NCBI RefSeq assembly: GCF_006345805.1
Contig: NC_043012.1
Span: 57,040,001 to 57,104,000 of the forward strand
Reading direction: 5' to 3'
Length of the DNA stretch: 64,000 nt
Origin: Octopus sinensis
Taxonomy: Eukaryota
The notes under the pieces are model-generated. The model had not been told where the DNA came from. It saw nothing but the letters and a program-made list of their open reading frames with translations, and did not search any database. The position numbers were made by a program, and so were the translations under genes. The first letter of the stretch is position 1. Each line of letters opens with the position of its first letter. This document shows positions 45,560 through 57,613 of the stretch, piece after piece.

Positions 45560-46502
45560 ATTTTTTTTTATCTTGTTGACAATTTCATATTTTATTTATT
45601 TTATTTTTATTTAATATTCAATTTGTTTTTGATTTTTTTTTCATCTTTGTTTTATATTGTTTTTGTTAATATTTTGTTTTATTTATATATATATTTTTTT
45701 TGTGTTTCCGCTTTATTTCACATATACACACACCAAATGTTTGCCGTTTACCTTGTTTTCTTCTTTTTTTTAATCCTTTTTGTGTGTTTGCTCTTTTTTT
45801 TTCCCTTTCTTTCTTCAAATAGAACCATTGCAATTTATCTAATGCAAGTGAGTGTTTTTTGATGTTTTTTTTTCTTTTCTTTTTTCAAAATTTGATTTGA
45901 TCTTCCTTTCTATTTTCTTCTTGTTTTATATTTGTTTGTCTGTTTTGTTTGTTTTGTTTTCGTACACTTACAAAAACCCCACACACAAATAATATATACA
46001 CACACGTACACTCACTCACACATACGTACATATATGAATCCAACGAGATTGCATATGTTGACTGTGAATGTCGGATAGTAATTAAAACCTTTTTTTCTTC
46101 TTTCTTTTTTTTGTGAGTTTATTTATTGAAAAAAAACATAAACAAACAACAACAACAAAAAAAACTCACTATCGTTGTTTTGTTTCACCCATTTTTCTTT
46201 CTTTCTTTTCTTTTCTTTTCTTTAGTCAGTTTTAAGAAAAAATATATAATTTAAAATTTCTTAATTTTATTATTATTATTATCATTATTATTATTATTAA
46301 TATTATTATTATCATCTTGGGGGTTCTTATTTATTTTTTTTTCAAATGGGTACATAACAGATCATCGGTGCTGTGTCATTCATTTACTAGCCAACATTTT
46401 GTTTCGTTTGCTCTTTGTTCATACACACTGTCCATTGTGGAACAAAAAAAAAAAAATTGGTAAAAAAAAAAAAGAACGTAAATACATCATTTCTTCTCCC
46501 GC
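45560..46502 (-). other. Probable plexin 3' UTR
   Basis: Follows the plexin stop; A-rich on the sense strand, with AATAAA candidates near 45590-45610. Confidence 0.45.
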
Positions 46503-46613
46503 TCACAAATATGCCATTTTTGGTTGACCTTCTATCATAGCAATGACTTGTCCTAATTTGTGTGACAACTGTTGTTTGTGTGTTAAAACCTCATTGTCTA
46601 ATGCAAGTAGAAT
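46503..46613 (-). CDS. PLXN: Plexin, terminal coding exon (ILLALDNEVLTHKQQLSHKLGQVIAMIEGQPKMAYL*)
   Basis: Acceptor TTTTATTTTCCAG, phase 0. Matches the plexin C-terminal helix pattern (IL.ALD......Q.L..KL.QVI). Confidence 0.85.
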   Translation of the reverse strand: MLLALDNEVLTHKQQLSHKLGQVIAMIEGQPKMAYL

Positions 46614-47416
46614 CTGGAAAATAAAATAAAATAAAAATTAATAATAATAATAATGATAATGATAATAATAATAAGATCTTAACTGATTGGAAGTGTTATC
46701 ATGTACATTGTTTTGTCTTGGTATAAAAGATGGGCTACAGCAAATATTCTGCTCAATACCACAGATTTGCTTGTCAGTTGTTTGACCGTAACCAGTTGAG
46801 CATGTCCCTTAGTGGCTGACGATATCTGCATCTCTGATCATGATCAGAAATAGTGGGGAGCATCATGGCCATGTGTTGAGAGGGATTCTTTGGGGTTTGA
46901 ATAATTCACCTCTGGAAACATAGGTGTTTTGTTCAATATCCTTAAACAACTCTTATTCAGGGACCTTTTGAGTGGGATGGGTTACTTGACCAGAAGAAAA
47001 TTCTAACTAGGTCCCACCTGTGGTCATGTGCTGTTTATCTTGATATGAGATCACCATGTTGCACACATATGGTTGTGAAGCATGTGCCTGGTGTACCCTT
47101 ATCAGATGGGTAGTCATGATGGGTATACTGAGCTTCATATATTTTACCCCAGTGTCACTTTGATGGCATGCACTGCTCTCTCTCTCAATCATAATAAATA
47201 ATAGAAATAATCCTTGCTACTATAGGCACAAGGCCTGAAATTTTGAAGAAGGGGACTTGTCGATCACATCAACCTCAGTACACAACTGGTACTTAATTTA
47301 TCGACCCTGAAAGAATGAAAGGCAAAGTCGACCTTGGTGGCATTTGAACTCAGACCATAGTGACAGGTGAAATACCACAAAGCATTTCATCCAGTGTACT
47401 AACAATTCTGCCATCT

Positions 47417-48845
47417 GGATGGAGCACTTGCAGAAAACAGCAATGCTTGGAACTGCTCGAATACTCCGGAAGGTGCTTGAAAAATAAGAGGTGTTACCTT
47501 AGTTCACTGATAGTGAACAGCTGACACCGTAGTACATCTCCAGCGTTAGAAGCTGTGCAAAGGCAATGATGATAATAATAATAATACAAAGATATAGAAG
47601 CCAAAATATAGACAAATGGCTAAAGTAGACTGAAACAGAATGCCCAGTAGAGCCCAGTAGAAAGATAATTCTTGCTATCCTCTTAGGGATAGCAAGAATT
47701 ATCAAGAGGGTTCTAAACACTTGAAAGACTGCTGAAAGCTTGTTGGATACCTAAGGTTATAGGTAGTAACCTGCTACCAATATAAATCTTTCCAGGAATA
47801 GGACCAAACCTGAGCTAAACCAAAATAATAGTACAAACATTAAGGACAAGTTACATGAAGTTCAGAATTGATAATACATTTTGAGAGTGACAAATGCAGA
47901 ATGTGAGTTGAGAGGAGTGAAACAGTATGGCACATGAAATGTAAAAGATGACATGATAATGTGGCAATGATGATCCATTGGAAGTTCTGTGGAAATTATG
48001 GTCTAGAAAGATCAAAAGACGTGGTATGATTCAATCCCAGAGGGAATTACTGAAAATGAAGATTGGAAAAACCTGTGAGATGCACTGATTCAGTGAAACC
48101 AATCAGATTAGACATCAGAAACTTGATATTGTTGTGGTGATCAGAAAAAAAACAAAACATGCCTGATAGTTGACTTATGTCCTGGTGACAACAAGATTGA
48201 AAAGAAAGAAGAAGATAAAAAAATGAACAGCAATGATAAATTGAAGTGGGAAATATGCAGGTTGTGGGCAATGAATGTGATACCAATAGTAACTGGCTCA
48301 CTTGGAAGCATTGGCATTCAACTACCAATGTGACTCAAAAAGATTGGTACGAATATGAAGTTAGAATGCCTACAAAAATTAACATAGTGGAAGATGAAAT
48401 ACCTATGTCTTTACTACCCACAAAGGGCTAAACACACAGGGGACAAACAAGGACAGACAAACGGATTAAGTCAATTTTATTGACCCCAGTGTGTAACTGG
48501 TACTTATTTAATCGACCCCGAAAGGATGCAAGGCAAAGTCGACCTTGGCGGAATTTGAACTCAGAATGTAGCGGCAGACGAAATACCGCTAAGCATTTTG
48601 CCTGGCATGCTAATGAATCTGCCAGCTTGCCATCTTAACGATAATAATAATGGTAATGGTTTCAAATTTTGCCACAAGGGCAGCCATTTTGGGGGGAGGG
48701 GACAAGTCGATTACATCAACCCCCAAAAAGATGAAAGGCAAAGTTGACCTCGGCGGAATTTGAACTCAGAATGTAGCAACGGGTGAAATACTGCTAAGCA
48801 TTTCATCCAGTGTGCTAATGATTCTGCCAAGCTTGCCACCTTAAC

Positions 48846-48889
<44 letters not shown>

Positions 48890-49770
48890 TAATTATAATA
48901 ATGATAATAATACTTTCTACTATAAGCACAAGGCCTGAAATTTGGTGGAAGGGGACAAGTCGATTACATCAACCCCAGTGTTTCACTGGTACTTAGTTTA
49001 TTGACCATGAAAGGATGAAAGGCAAAGTCGACCTCAGCAGAATTTGAACTCAGAATGTAGCAATGGGCAAAATACCACTATTCATTTCGTCCAGCATGCT
49101 AACGATTCTGCCTGCAATAATAGCAACTCATTGACAACAACAGCTTCCCTTTTGAATAAAAAGGATGTAAACGTGTGTCTTGTGGATGAAAGGATCAACT
49201 GTTAATTAACAAAATGATTTTTTAAAGGAAAAAAAGGAAAAAGAAAATCATCCCTCAGTCTCCAACTCTTATGGAAGAAAGGATCAACTGTTGATTAACA
49301 AAAGGACTTTTGAAGATTTTCACAACAGGAAAAAACATCTCTAGACTACAAGAAGGCCTTTCATAGTCTTCTCAGAGAAAGAAGTGTTTGTTCAAAATTT
49401 TACCAGTAATCAGGAATTTTGAATCTCGTGCTATGAAGCTCTGGAATAGAACATCAAATCTCAATACTGCCACTACAAATATTAACACTGGACAACTCAA
49501 TACACATTGTGGAATCTTTCAAGGAGACTCCTTATCTCCTTTTGTTATTCTGTTTAGCACTGTTTCCTCTAAGCAAAGTCCTGAATTAAATAAATTATGG
49601 ATATAGGATATATGGAAAAGCAGTTAATTGTCTCCATGATTTATAACTGTTTGCAAAAAATGATCAATAATTGCAAGCACTCTGATATACAAACAGTTTA
49701 GTGATAGGATCAAAATGGGATTTGGGCTTGACAAATGTGCCAAAGCTACATTTCTTATTTCTTTATTGCC
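47417..49770 (+). pseudogene. Scattered relics of R4/Dong-like (restriction-like endonuclease) LINEs among SINEs and (TAA)n
   Basis: LQKTAMLGTARILRKVLE* (~47427-47505), LLGIARIIKRVL (~47680-47720), an LDIVV...KIEKKE...ICRLW...IPIVTGSLG-like segment (~48050-48320), GIFQGDSLSP and GFGLDKCAK (~49500-49750). Confidence 0.6.
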
Positions 49771-52769
49771 CACAAGGGGCTGAACATAGAGGGGACAAAC
49801 AAGGACAGACAAAGGGATTAAGTCGATTACATTGACCCCCAGTGCGTAACTGGTACTTTATTTATCGACCCCGGAAGGACGAAAGGCAAAGTCGACCTCG
49901 GCAGAATTTGAACTCAGAATGTAATGGCAGACGAAATACCTATTTCTTTACTACCCACAAGGGGATAAACACAGAGAGGACAAACAAGGACAGACAAATG
50001 AATTAAGTCGATTACACTGACCCCAGTGCATAACTGGTACTTTTTTTATCGACCCCGAAAGGATGAAAGGCAAAGTCGACCTTGGCGGAATTTGAATTCA
50101 GAACGTAATGGCAGATGAAATACTGCTAAGCATTTCGCCCCGTGTGCTAACATTTCTGCCAGCTTGCCGCCTTTGTGCCAAAGCTACATTTAGGCTGCAG
50201 TAAGAGACACTTGTGTAAGGTACCAAGTCATGGAATTGAAACCACATCTTTCAGGTTGCAAAGTAAACTTCTTGGTCACATGATTATACTTTTGTTTACA
50301 TACAAAATTAATTATTATTATTTCCCATCTGCCCATTAGCTCAACAATTTATTGGAAAATAGAAAAAAAAAATATCCCCAAAATCTAACTAAATAAAAAA
50401 GAAGACAACAAAAACCATAATAAACAAAGAATAAAAGTAAACAAAATATTGTGAAAATAGAAATTTATGGGAAGTTTATCATCAATTTCTTATATATTTT
50501 TGGGGCAGTTTAAATTTTTACTTTTATGTAGAAAGGTTTAAGGAAAGAGAAAAAAAAACAAACTACTTAATACTTTTATATCATATTACTGATTCAGTGA
50601 AAAAGAATAAGAATTACTGTTCATTGGATCAGGCATCCAGAAGAATCTGTGTGTCAACTGGTCTTATGGCAGTCAGTTGAAGGAAGAATCAACAGGGGAA
50701 GAAAACATCTAACTTATATGGATGACTGGCTTCAGGGCAGTGGAATGACAAATGTTGATGAGTTAAGCACATGCATGGGGGACCATGATGGATGGTATGC
50801 TAGCGTGAAATCATTGAAGCAGCCAGGAGGTCAAACCAAACTAAACAAAACTAATTTCTATTGTAATAAAATGGCTTTATTTCAATTAATTTTGAAAATA
50901 ACGAAGTATTTAGTTAAGTAACTTTGTCACTGTTAAGTTGATAATTAGAACATAAATTAACATGAAATTTTGAAGCAAAGTTTTAATTTATATCATTTTA
51001 ACTCTTTTGTATCATATTTCATTAAAATGCACTGGATTTGTTCCAATTAATTTTGGAAATAATGCAATATAAGGAAGCTGCAGGTATGCCTGTGTGGTAG
51101 GAAGTTTGTTATTGTATTGAAATGTATTGCCTCATAAATGGTTTGTGTATTGTAAAAAATGTAAGAGGTTTATTGCCTCATAAATGATTTTTGCATAAAA
51201 CTGTGAAAAATGTAAGGGGTTTGCTGCCTTGTTAAGGAATTTTTATATTGTGAAAAATGTAAGAGGTTTATTGCCTTGAGTATGAAACTTAAAAAGAACA
51301 ATGTTCTCAGGTAAACAGCAATTGGTGGGCGTTGCTTGTTGCCCTCATTTTCCCCCCATTTCATTTGTCATTCATATCATTATGTTTACGTCCAGCCCGT
51401 AACTTCCTTTCTATGTAAGGCCTTTATGGTCAATGTAATGAATAAAAGAAGTTTGCTTCCCAACCACATGGTTCTGGGATTGGTCCTGCTGTGTGGTACC
51501 TTGGGCAAGTATCTTCTGCTACAACCTAGGACTGACCAAAGCTTTCTCAGTGGATTTGGTACACAAGAAATGAAAGAAGCTTGTTGTGTGTGTGTGTGTG
51601 TCTGTTTGTCTCACACTACAACTTGAAAACCAGTGTTGGTGCATTTACATCCCTGTAACTTAACAATTCAGCAAAATGGACCAACAGAATAAGTACCAGG
51701 CTTAAAAAAAAGTATCAGGGTTGATTTGCTTGACTAAAATTCTCCAAGACCCAGCATGGTGGCAGTCTAATGACTGAAACATGTAAAATATAGAAAATAT
51801 TTAATAAAATAACTTAACCATTATTAAGGTGGTGTTTGGAATGTGAATTATCAAGAACTTTTGATAGAAGAATGTTTTAATTTAGATCATTCCAAAACAG
51901 GGTGAGTCGGTCCTGTTAGACCTCAGCACATGATGCGCACCCTTATTTTATTGATACTGGAGGGCTGAAAGGCTGTGACTTGAAAAAACCAGGCTATTAT
52001 TTCTAGCTACTCAATCAAACACCTTACATTGACACTAGGCCAAGCATTGATTGAAAGAAAACCAAGTTTTTGAGGAAATTTGAGTAGGTCTGCAGTGGAA
52101 ACAGTATTTTAAAAATGTTCAAGAAAAGTTTCAAGGTGCCCATGAATTTAGTTGTTGCAAAGAGAGGAAACTTTCTGGTGTTTCAAACACAAGGTCTTTG
52201 AGGAGTTAAAAAGGGCTGCATCCTTCATTTCAGATACAAGACCATCATCAAAGGACTTATGTCTTAAGACATCGAACTTTATTTATATTCACAGAAATCA
52301 AACTTGGGGAATCAAACAAATTCTCCAAAATTGATTGAGCAGACCTCACTTATTGCTATATATTTTATTGACCCAACCTCAGAAGGATGAAGGGTAAAAC
52401 TGACTTTAGTTAGATTTGAATACAGATTGAACCCAGAATGTAATAAGTTGAAATAAATACAGCAAGGCATTTTGTCTGATGTGCTAACGATTCTACCAGC
52501 TTACTGCTTTCATACTATTAATTAATAATGTATTTTAACTTCAGTAATTATGTTATTTTATAATGATTTTGCAGTGATGTTTCATGTGAAGATGAAATAT
52601 ATATAAAGCTAAATGAGGCTTAATGATGATTTTGATATCATTTGATATCTTTATCGAAATGTGGGAGAAAATAAAAAACAAACAAACAAAAGAAAACAGA
52701 AAAACAAAACAAAATGGTACTAAATGATCACCTTATCACTAAGTAGTAATTGTTATATATATGGCTTAC

Positions 52770-52844
52770 CTCTTTATTATATTTAGAAATATAATTGTAG
52801 AGTTCAACGAGTGCACTTGGAACATAGAACATTCCAGTAGGCAT
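52770..52844 (-). CDS. PLXN: Plexin coding exon (MPTGMFYVPSALVELYNYISKYNKE)
   Basis: 75 bp, TATTTTTTTAG acceptor, GTAAG donor, phase 0/0. Fills the expected F...AL.ELY.Y..KY..E segment. Confidence 0.85.
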
Positions 52845-55337
52845 CTAAAAAAATATACATACAAATAAAATCAAATTAAAACAGAAAAAATTTATCAAGA
52901 AAGAAAAAAAAAATAATTAAAAAAATTCCTTCCCTTTATTATATACATCAATTTTAAAGAAGCTAGTGAGGGAATTGCTTGACATGGCAGAAAAAGCAGC
53001 TAAATTTCCCTAAACCACACTTTATTCCCCCCTCGCCCCCACCTAACCCTTCAGCATTCAGATTACTCTGTCAAATGTAACACTTATTTATTCACACTTT
53101 CGAATTAATCATGTATTTTAATCTTGTACTTTTTTTTGAGAATTTGATGATGTGATTGTTTGATTTTAGAATGACATTGTAGTGTAAGTGTGAGAGGACA
53201 GATGTGGCCAGTTTGAGTGTAAAACTAGAAGAACATTTGGGCTGGATATGGTCAGATTAAATGCTAAAGGAGACTTGTTAGATATCGGTATCTATTGGAT
53301 TTAGAGCAGACCTGTTTGGATAATGATGTCTAGGGTATATAGTTTGTCTGGTAAAATAAACAAAACAAAAGGTGGTGGTGGTCAAGTATAGATTGTCTCT
53401 GAGTATAATAGGTTTATTTGATTAGAACTGACTTGGAGTTAAATAATATCAGCAACTACTAAATAAAAAATTGTTTTCTGCATCCACCATATTCAGTATC
53501 TTATTGATCTATTGTCCATAGCACATATCGATTGATTTTGATTTTCTATACATCAGCAATTTTTGCAAGCAAGATAACAAGGATGAGTAGATTTACTTGA
53601 ATAAAAACCTACTTGTTGTTGTTTAACCACAGGCCAACCAGAACTGAGTGGGCAAACCTATGATCAAAGTAACTATAACCATAACCGGCCAGTAGGCTTA
53701 CAACTGTGTCAATCTATAATCAAAGACATTCCAAATGTGACTCTCTTGTCTTTTTCCTGAAGAACACTATCTAATGTGATTTTTTTGGTTCTGATCTGTT
53801 AATTCTAAGTGAAGCAACCATGTAGAAAATTAACTATTTCTCAGCAATGATAAAGAGATTAAAGTGTAATTTGAGGGAAATTTGGCTGCTATTTCTACCC
53901 AACTGAACAATCATTTACATGCTGTTATTTCTTGTAAGGTGAACATGTTATAAAGGTTTGTTGTGTTTACATGTCATGTGACCATGAGCATGTAATTGTG
54001 ACCACAGGACTGACCAGGCTATCAGATGTTGTTATACATCACTGGTCACAATGTGCTTTTGCATTGTTTTAGCCTTCAAATGATGCCACCCTGCTGGCCA
54101 GGTGAGCAGGTCGTGTTTATATATACCAAAGGAAAATATCATTTAAATCAAGTGTTCTCAACCAATTTTTACCTTTGTACCCCTTCGATTCCTATTTTGC
54201 TCTACTGGACCCCATTATCTATTCAATATTTTAAAAAAAATCCCATTATATTTTTGAAATTAAATATTATTAGGAATTGAGTTAAGAAACTTGTTGAAAT
54301 ATATCTTGTATTCTAGAAATATAATCAGTTTATTGCACAAGAATATTAGCAACAAAACCTTATGTCGCCCCCACCCCCAATGGGTTATGTGGATCTCCAA
54401 AAGTCATGAGAACCCTCAATAGTCATATAAACCTCTGAGGGTCATGTGGACCCTAAGAATCATGTGGACCTTGGTTGGGAACCAGTTTTAAATAAATATC
54501 AGTTAATGATATTCATTGCCAGCACTGCCAGACTGGCCCTTGTGCCGGTGGCATGTAAAAGCACCCACTACACTCTCAGAGTGGTTGGCGTTAGGAAGGC
54601 CATCCAGCTGTAGAAACTCTGCCAGATCAGATTAGAGCCTGGTGCAGCCATCTGGTTCACCAGTCCTCAGTCAAATCGTCCAATCCATGCCAGCATGGAA
54701 AGCAGACGTTAAACGATGATGATGATGAAACTGTTGTGCAGGGAGTCCACAAAAGCACAGTTGAAGACATAACCTCCTTCCTCCATCTGTCTTGGTTATC
54801 AACCAATAGGCCCTGATTGCTCCAGTATGGTATTTGAGTTTCATCATGTAATCATAGAGTGTTTCAACAGTCAGATGACCAGATGTCATCCATTTATGCC
54901 CCAGGTACAGTTCGTCACTAACTGGCTTCTCTATAATAGGTTTGAATATATAAATATATAAGTATGTGTCGTTAGAAAAGCGATTATAGCAGCGACTCCA
55001 TCTAAGAATATCTGAAGAAGGAATATAGCCTATTGTTTGTATTATAGTGCATTGTTGTACCATTCAAAACTTCTTTATTCTTTACAAACAATACACAATG
55101 CTTCATGCAAACTACAATAGTCTCATACATATACATATATATACATATCATCATCATCATCGTTGTTGTTTAACATCTGTTCTCCATGCTGATTTGGCAT
55201 GGTTTCTAGAGCTGGATGCCATCCTAATGCCAACCACTTGAAGAGTGTAGTGCATACATTTTACCTGCCACCAGCACAGGTGCCAGTCAGGTGGCACTGG
55301 CATTGTCCAACGTTTGAATGGTGCTTTTTACATGCCA

Positions 55338-55380
<43 letters not shown>

Positions 55381-55404
55381 TCACATATAGAGCAAATGTA
55401 TTTA

Positions 55405-55436
<32 letters not shown>

Positions 55437-55444
55437 CATATATA

Positions 55445-55998
55445 TATAAACAAGAAAAAAGCAACAAAAATGGATCAGTATTTCGGTACAATTGTTTCAT
55501 ACGAAGACCAGCTGTATGAAATCTCTCCTCATATCTCCAGAAATCAAACCTACTTCAATATGGATGGATTTACATTTTCATTTTCTGTGAAACTAACAGG
55601 TTTTTTAAAATATTTTTTTAAAACCTGTTATATAACTGTGCAACATTAGAGAACTTTGGAAGTCCGTTTATTATCTAAATCTGATTTTTATAGAACTATC
55701 CCTGATGTTTCATGAGTGTAGCCTCACCCCCTTAGATGTTTGGAGAACTCAGATGTGTTTTTGGCTGATGAGTACGGGTCACTTGTATTTGTTGCAATAC
55801 TTGCAGCCTTAATAAAGCTGGTCTTCGTATGAAACAATTGTACCGAAATACTGATCCATTTTTGTTGCTTTTTTCTTGTTTATAATCACCCCGCATTATC
55901 TTATGGTTAATACCATATAGATTTCTGGTGCATCTAAGTTAAGTACCGCATTCATGTGAATTCAACAGAACTCACTTGAATCTTAATTGCTTTTACTA
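55445..55998 (+). mobile_element. Truncated Penelope-like element end with a 69-bp inverted duplication, between (TA)n tracts
   Basis: 55445-55513 is the exact reverse complement of 55816-55884. Hammerhead motif inside. Weak GIY-YIG-tail-like HISRNQTYFNMDG near 55530-55570. Confidence 0.6.
55759..55848 (+). ncRNA. Type I hammerhead ribozyme motif with enlarged stem II
   Basis: UUUUGG-CUGAUGA-GUACG...CGUAU-GAAA-C AAUU G-UA-CCGAAA. Palindromic stem III ACAAUUGU, GUA triplet. The 10.1-11.1 pair is G.U rather than G-C. Confidence 0.65.
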
Positions 55999-57384
55999 CA
56001 TATATATATATACACATATACATATATATGCATACACACACACATATATACATATATATGCACACACACACAAGAGATCATAATTTCTTGTGTTTTAAAC
56101 TTTAGTTAAGAGTGTAGATTTGGGTAATGAAAGCTGAAAGCTGGTGTGTCATGTCAAGTTTGTGTATATATAAATATATATATATAATTTAAACAAGCCA
56201 TTAACCTTTCTTCCTATGATATTTTAATGAGTCATTTAACTTTTCTGATAATTTAATCATACACCTTAGTAAGGTTAACAATATGACTTTATCTTTGTCA
56301 ATTCATCAGGGGTGTGATGAATATATATATAGAATGAAGAAATCTAGTGATAAGACATTATGTTGACACTTGATCACAATACACTTTATCAAAAAACATT
56401 TCATTGAAAAAATGAAGGAAAACAATACCAAACAAAATATAAAAAAAGCAATTGCTTGATCAATTGTAACAGCTGATTGAATCCTCATCATCATTTAATG
56501 ACCGTTGTCCATATTGGCATGGGCTGGTAAGCTGAGGGCTGCACCAGACTCCAGTTTCTTTGGCTGAGCGATTAATTGAATCTTAAGGGAATATTACATT
56601 TTCTTTTTTAAAAAGTAATATTATATATATATTACAGTTATGAATTTCATTTTTGCATAAATAAGTAAATGAGTGGAAATCGAACCAGTGAGTGTGTTAA
56701 ATAAAAGGGCACTAAAAGAGAATGACTCTCCCCAGACACAATAAAATTTATGAGTTTGTTTTGTAAGATTCTCGATGTGAAATCCTATGTTGAAACAGAT
56801 ATTGTTATATTTCGAGATAGTCATTTAACAAATTTTTTTGCTAAATAAACACATACACATTCTGAGAATGGACTAAACAGAACAGGAGACACATGGGGTG
56901 GAGAGTTGGTGAAGAGGTCACAGGATATGTGACAAAAGATTTCCAGACAAAGGATAATAAAATAAGAACAATAATAATTCAGAAGAATGAACAAATAGTG
57001 CATGTGTTTATTTAAAAAAAAGAAAAAAACCAAAAAAGACTATCCTGAAATATAACAATATAGTATTGTGATATGTTTTATTAAAATAATATTTCAAAAC
57101 CATGAAAAACCCATTGTAGAATACACACATCCATCTGTCCGTTCGTCCGTCAATCCATCCATCCATCTATCTTTCTCTCTCTCTCTATATATATATATAC
57201 TTTTTATTAAAGCCGAAAAATTCTTCAAAAACTGTTACTCAGAGTTTCATGTTACCATTCTTTGGACAGTAGTGATCACAGTGTGTGTAGAATTGGTTTT
57301 GGCTTCAATAAAACACATATCACTCTACCTTTCATATTTGAAAACTATTTTTTCCACCTTGTTTTGCATTATGTGCTTACTCTA

Positions 57385-57424
<40 letters not shown>

Positions 57425-57461
57425 GTAAATGTATAATATGTGACAATTATTCGGTAGCCAT

Positions 57462-57522
57462 GATAAAACTCCGAGTTTCGGATGTCACGGTGGAAATCCA
57501 CGCCGCCATCTCTTCAGTTATC
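57462..57522 (-). ncRNA. Type I hammerhead-like motif, sense to plexin pre-mRNA
   Basis: GAUAA-CUGAAGA-GAUG...CAUCC-GAAA-CUCGGAG-UU-UUAUC. 5-bp stem I, one bulged C in stem II, GUU triplet. Confidence 0.55.
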
Positions 57523-57552
57523 CGGCCATCAGAAAAAATGTCCTAATTGCTG

Positions 57553-57613
57553 GATAACTGAAGAGATGGTGGCGTGGATTTCCACCCCGACATCCGAAAC
57601 TCAGAGTTTTATC
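57553..57613 (+). ncRNA. Type I hammerhead-like motif, mirror copy in the other hairpin arm
   Basis: GAUAA-CUGAAGA-GAUG...CAUCC-GAAA-CUCAGAG-UU-UUAUC. Confidence 0.55.

Noticed and set aside
52022-52334. Possible extra exon ending at a GTAAG donor near 52026
   Set aside because: No clean acceptor or open frame, and not needed for the plexin sequence.
54671-55063. 130-aa minus-strand ORF as a plexin exon or gene
   Set aside because: The four plexin exons already join in frame with no gap. The start is non-ATG and the end runs into a SINE. There is at most a faint transposase-like resemblance that I cannot support.
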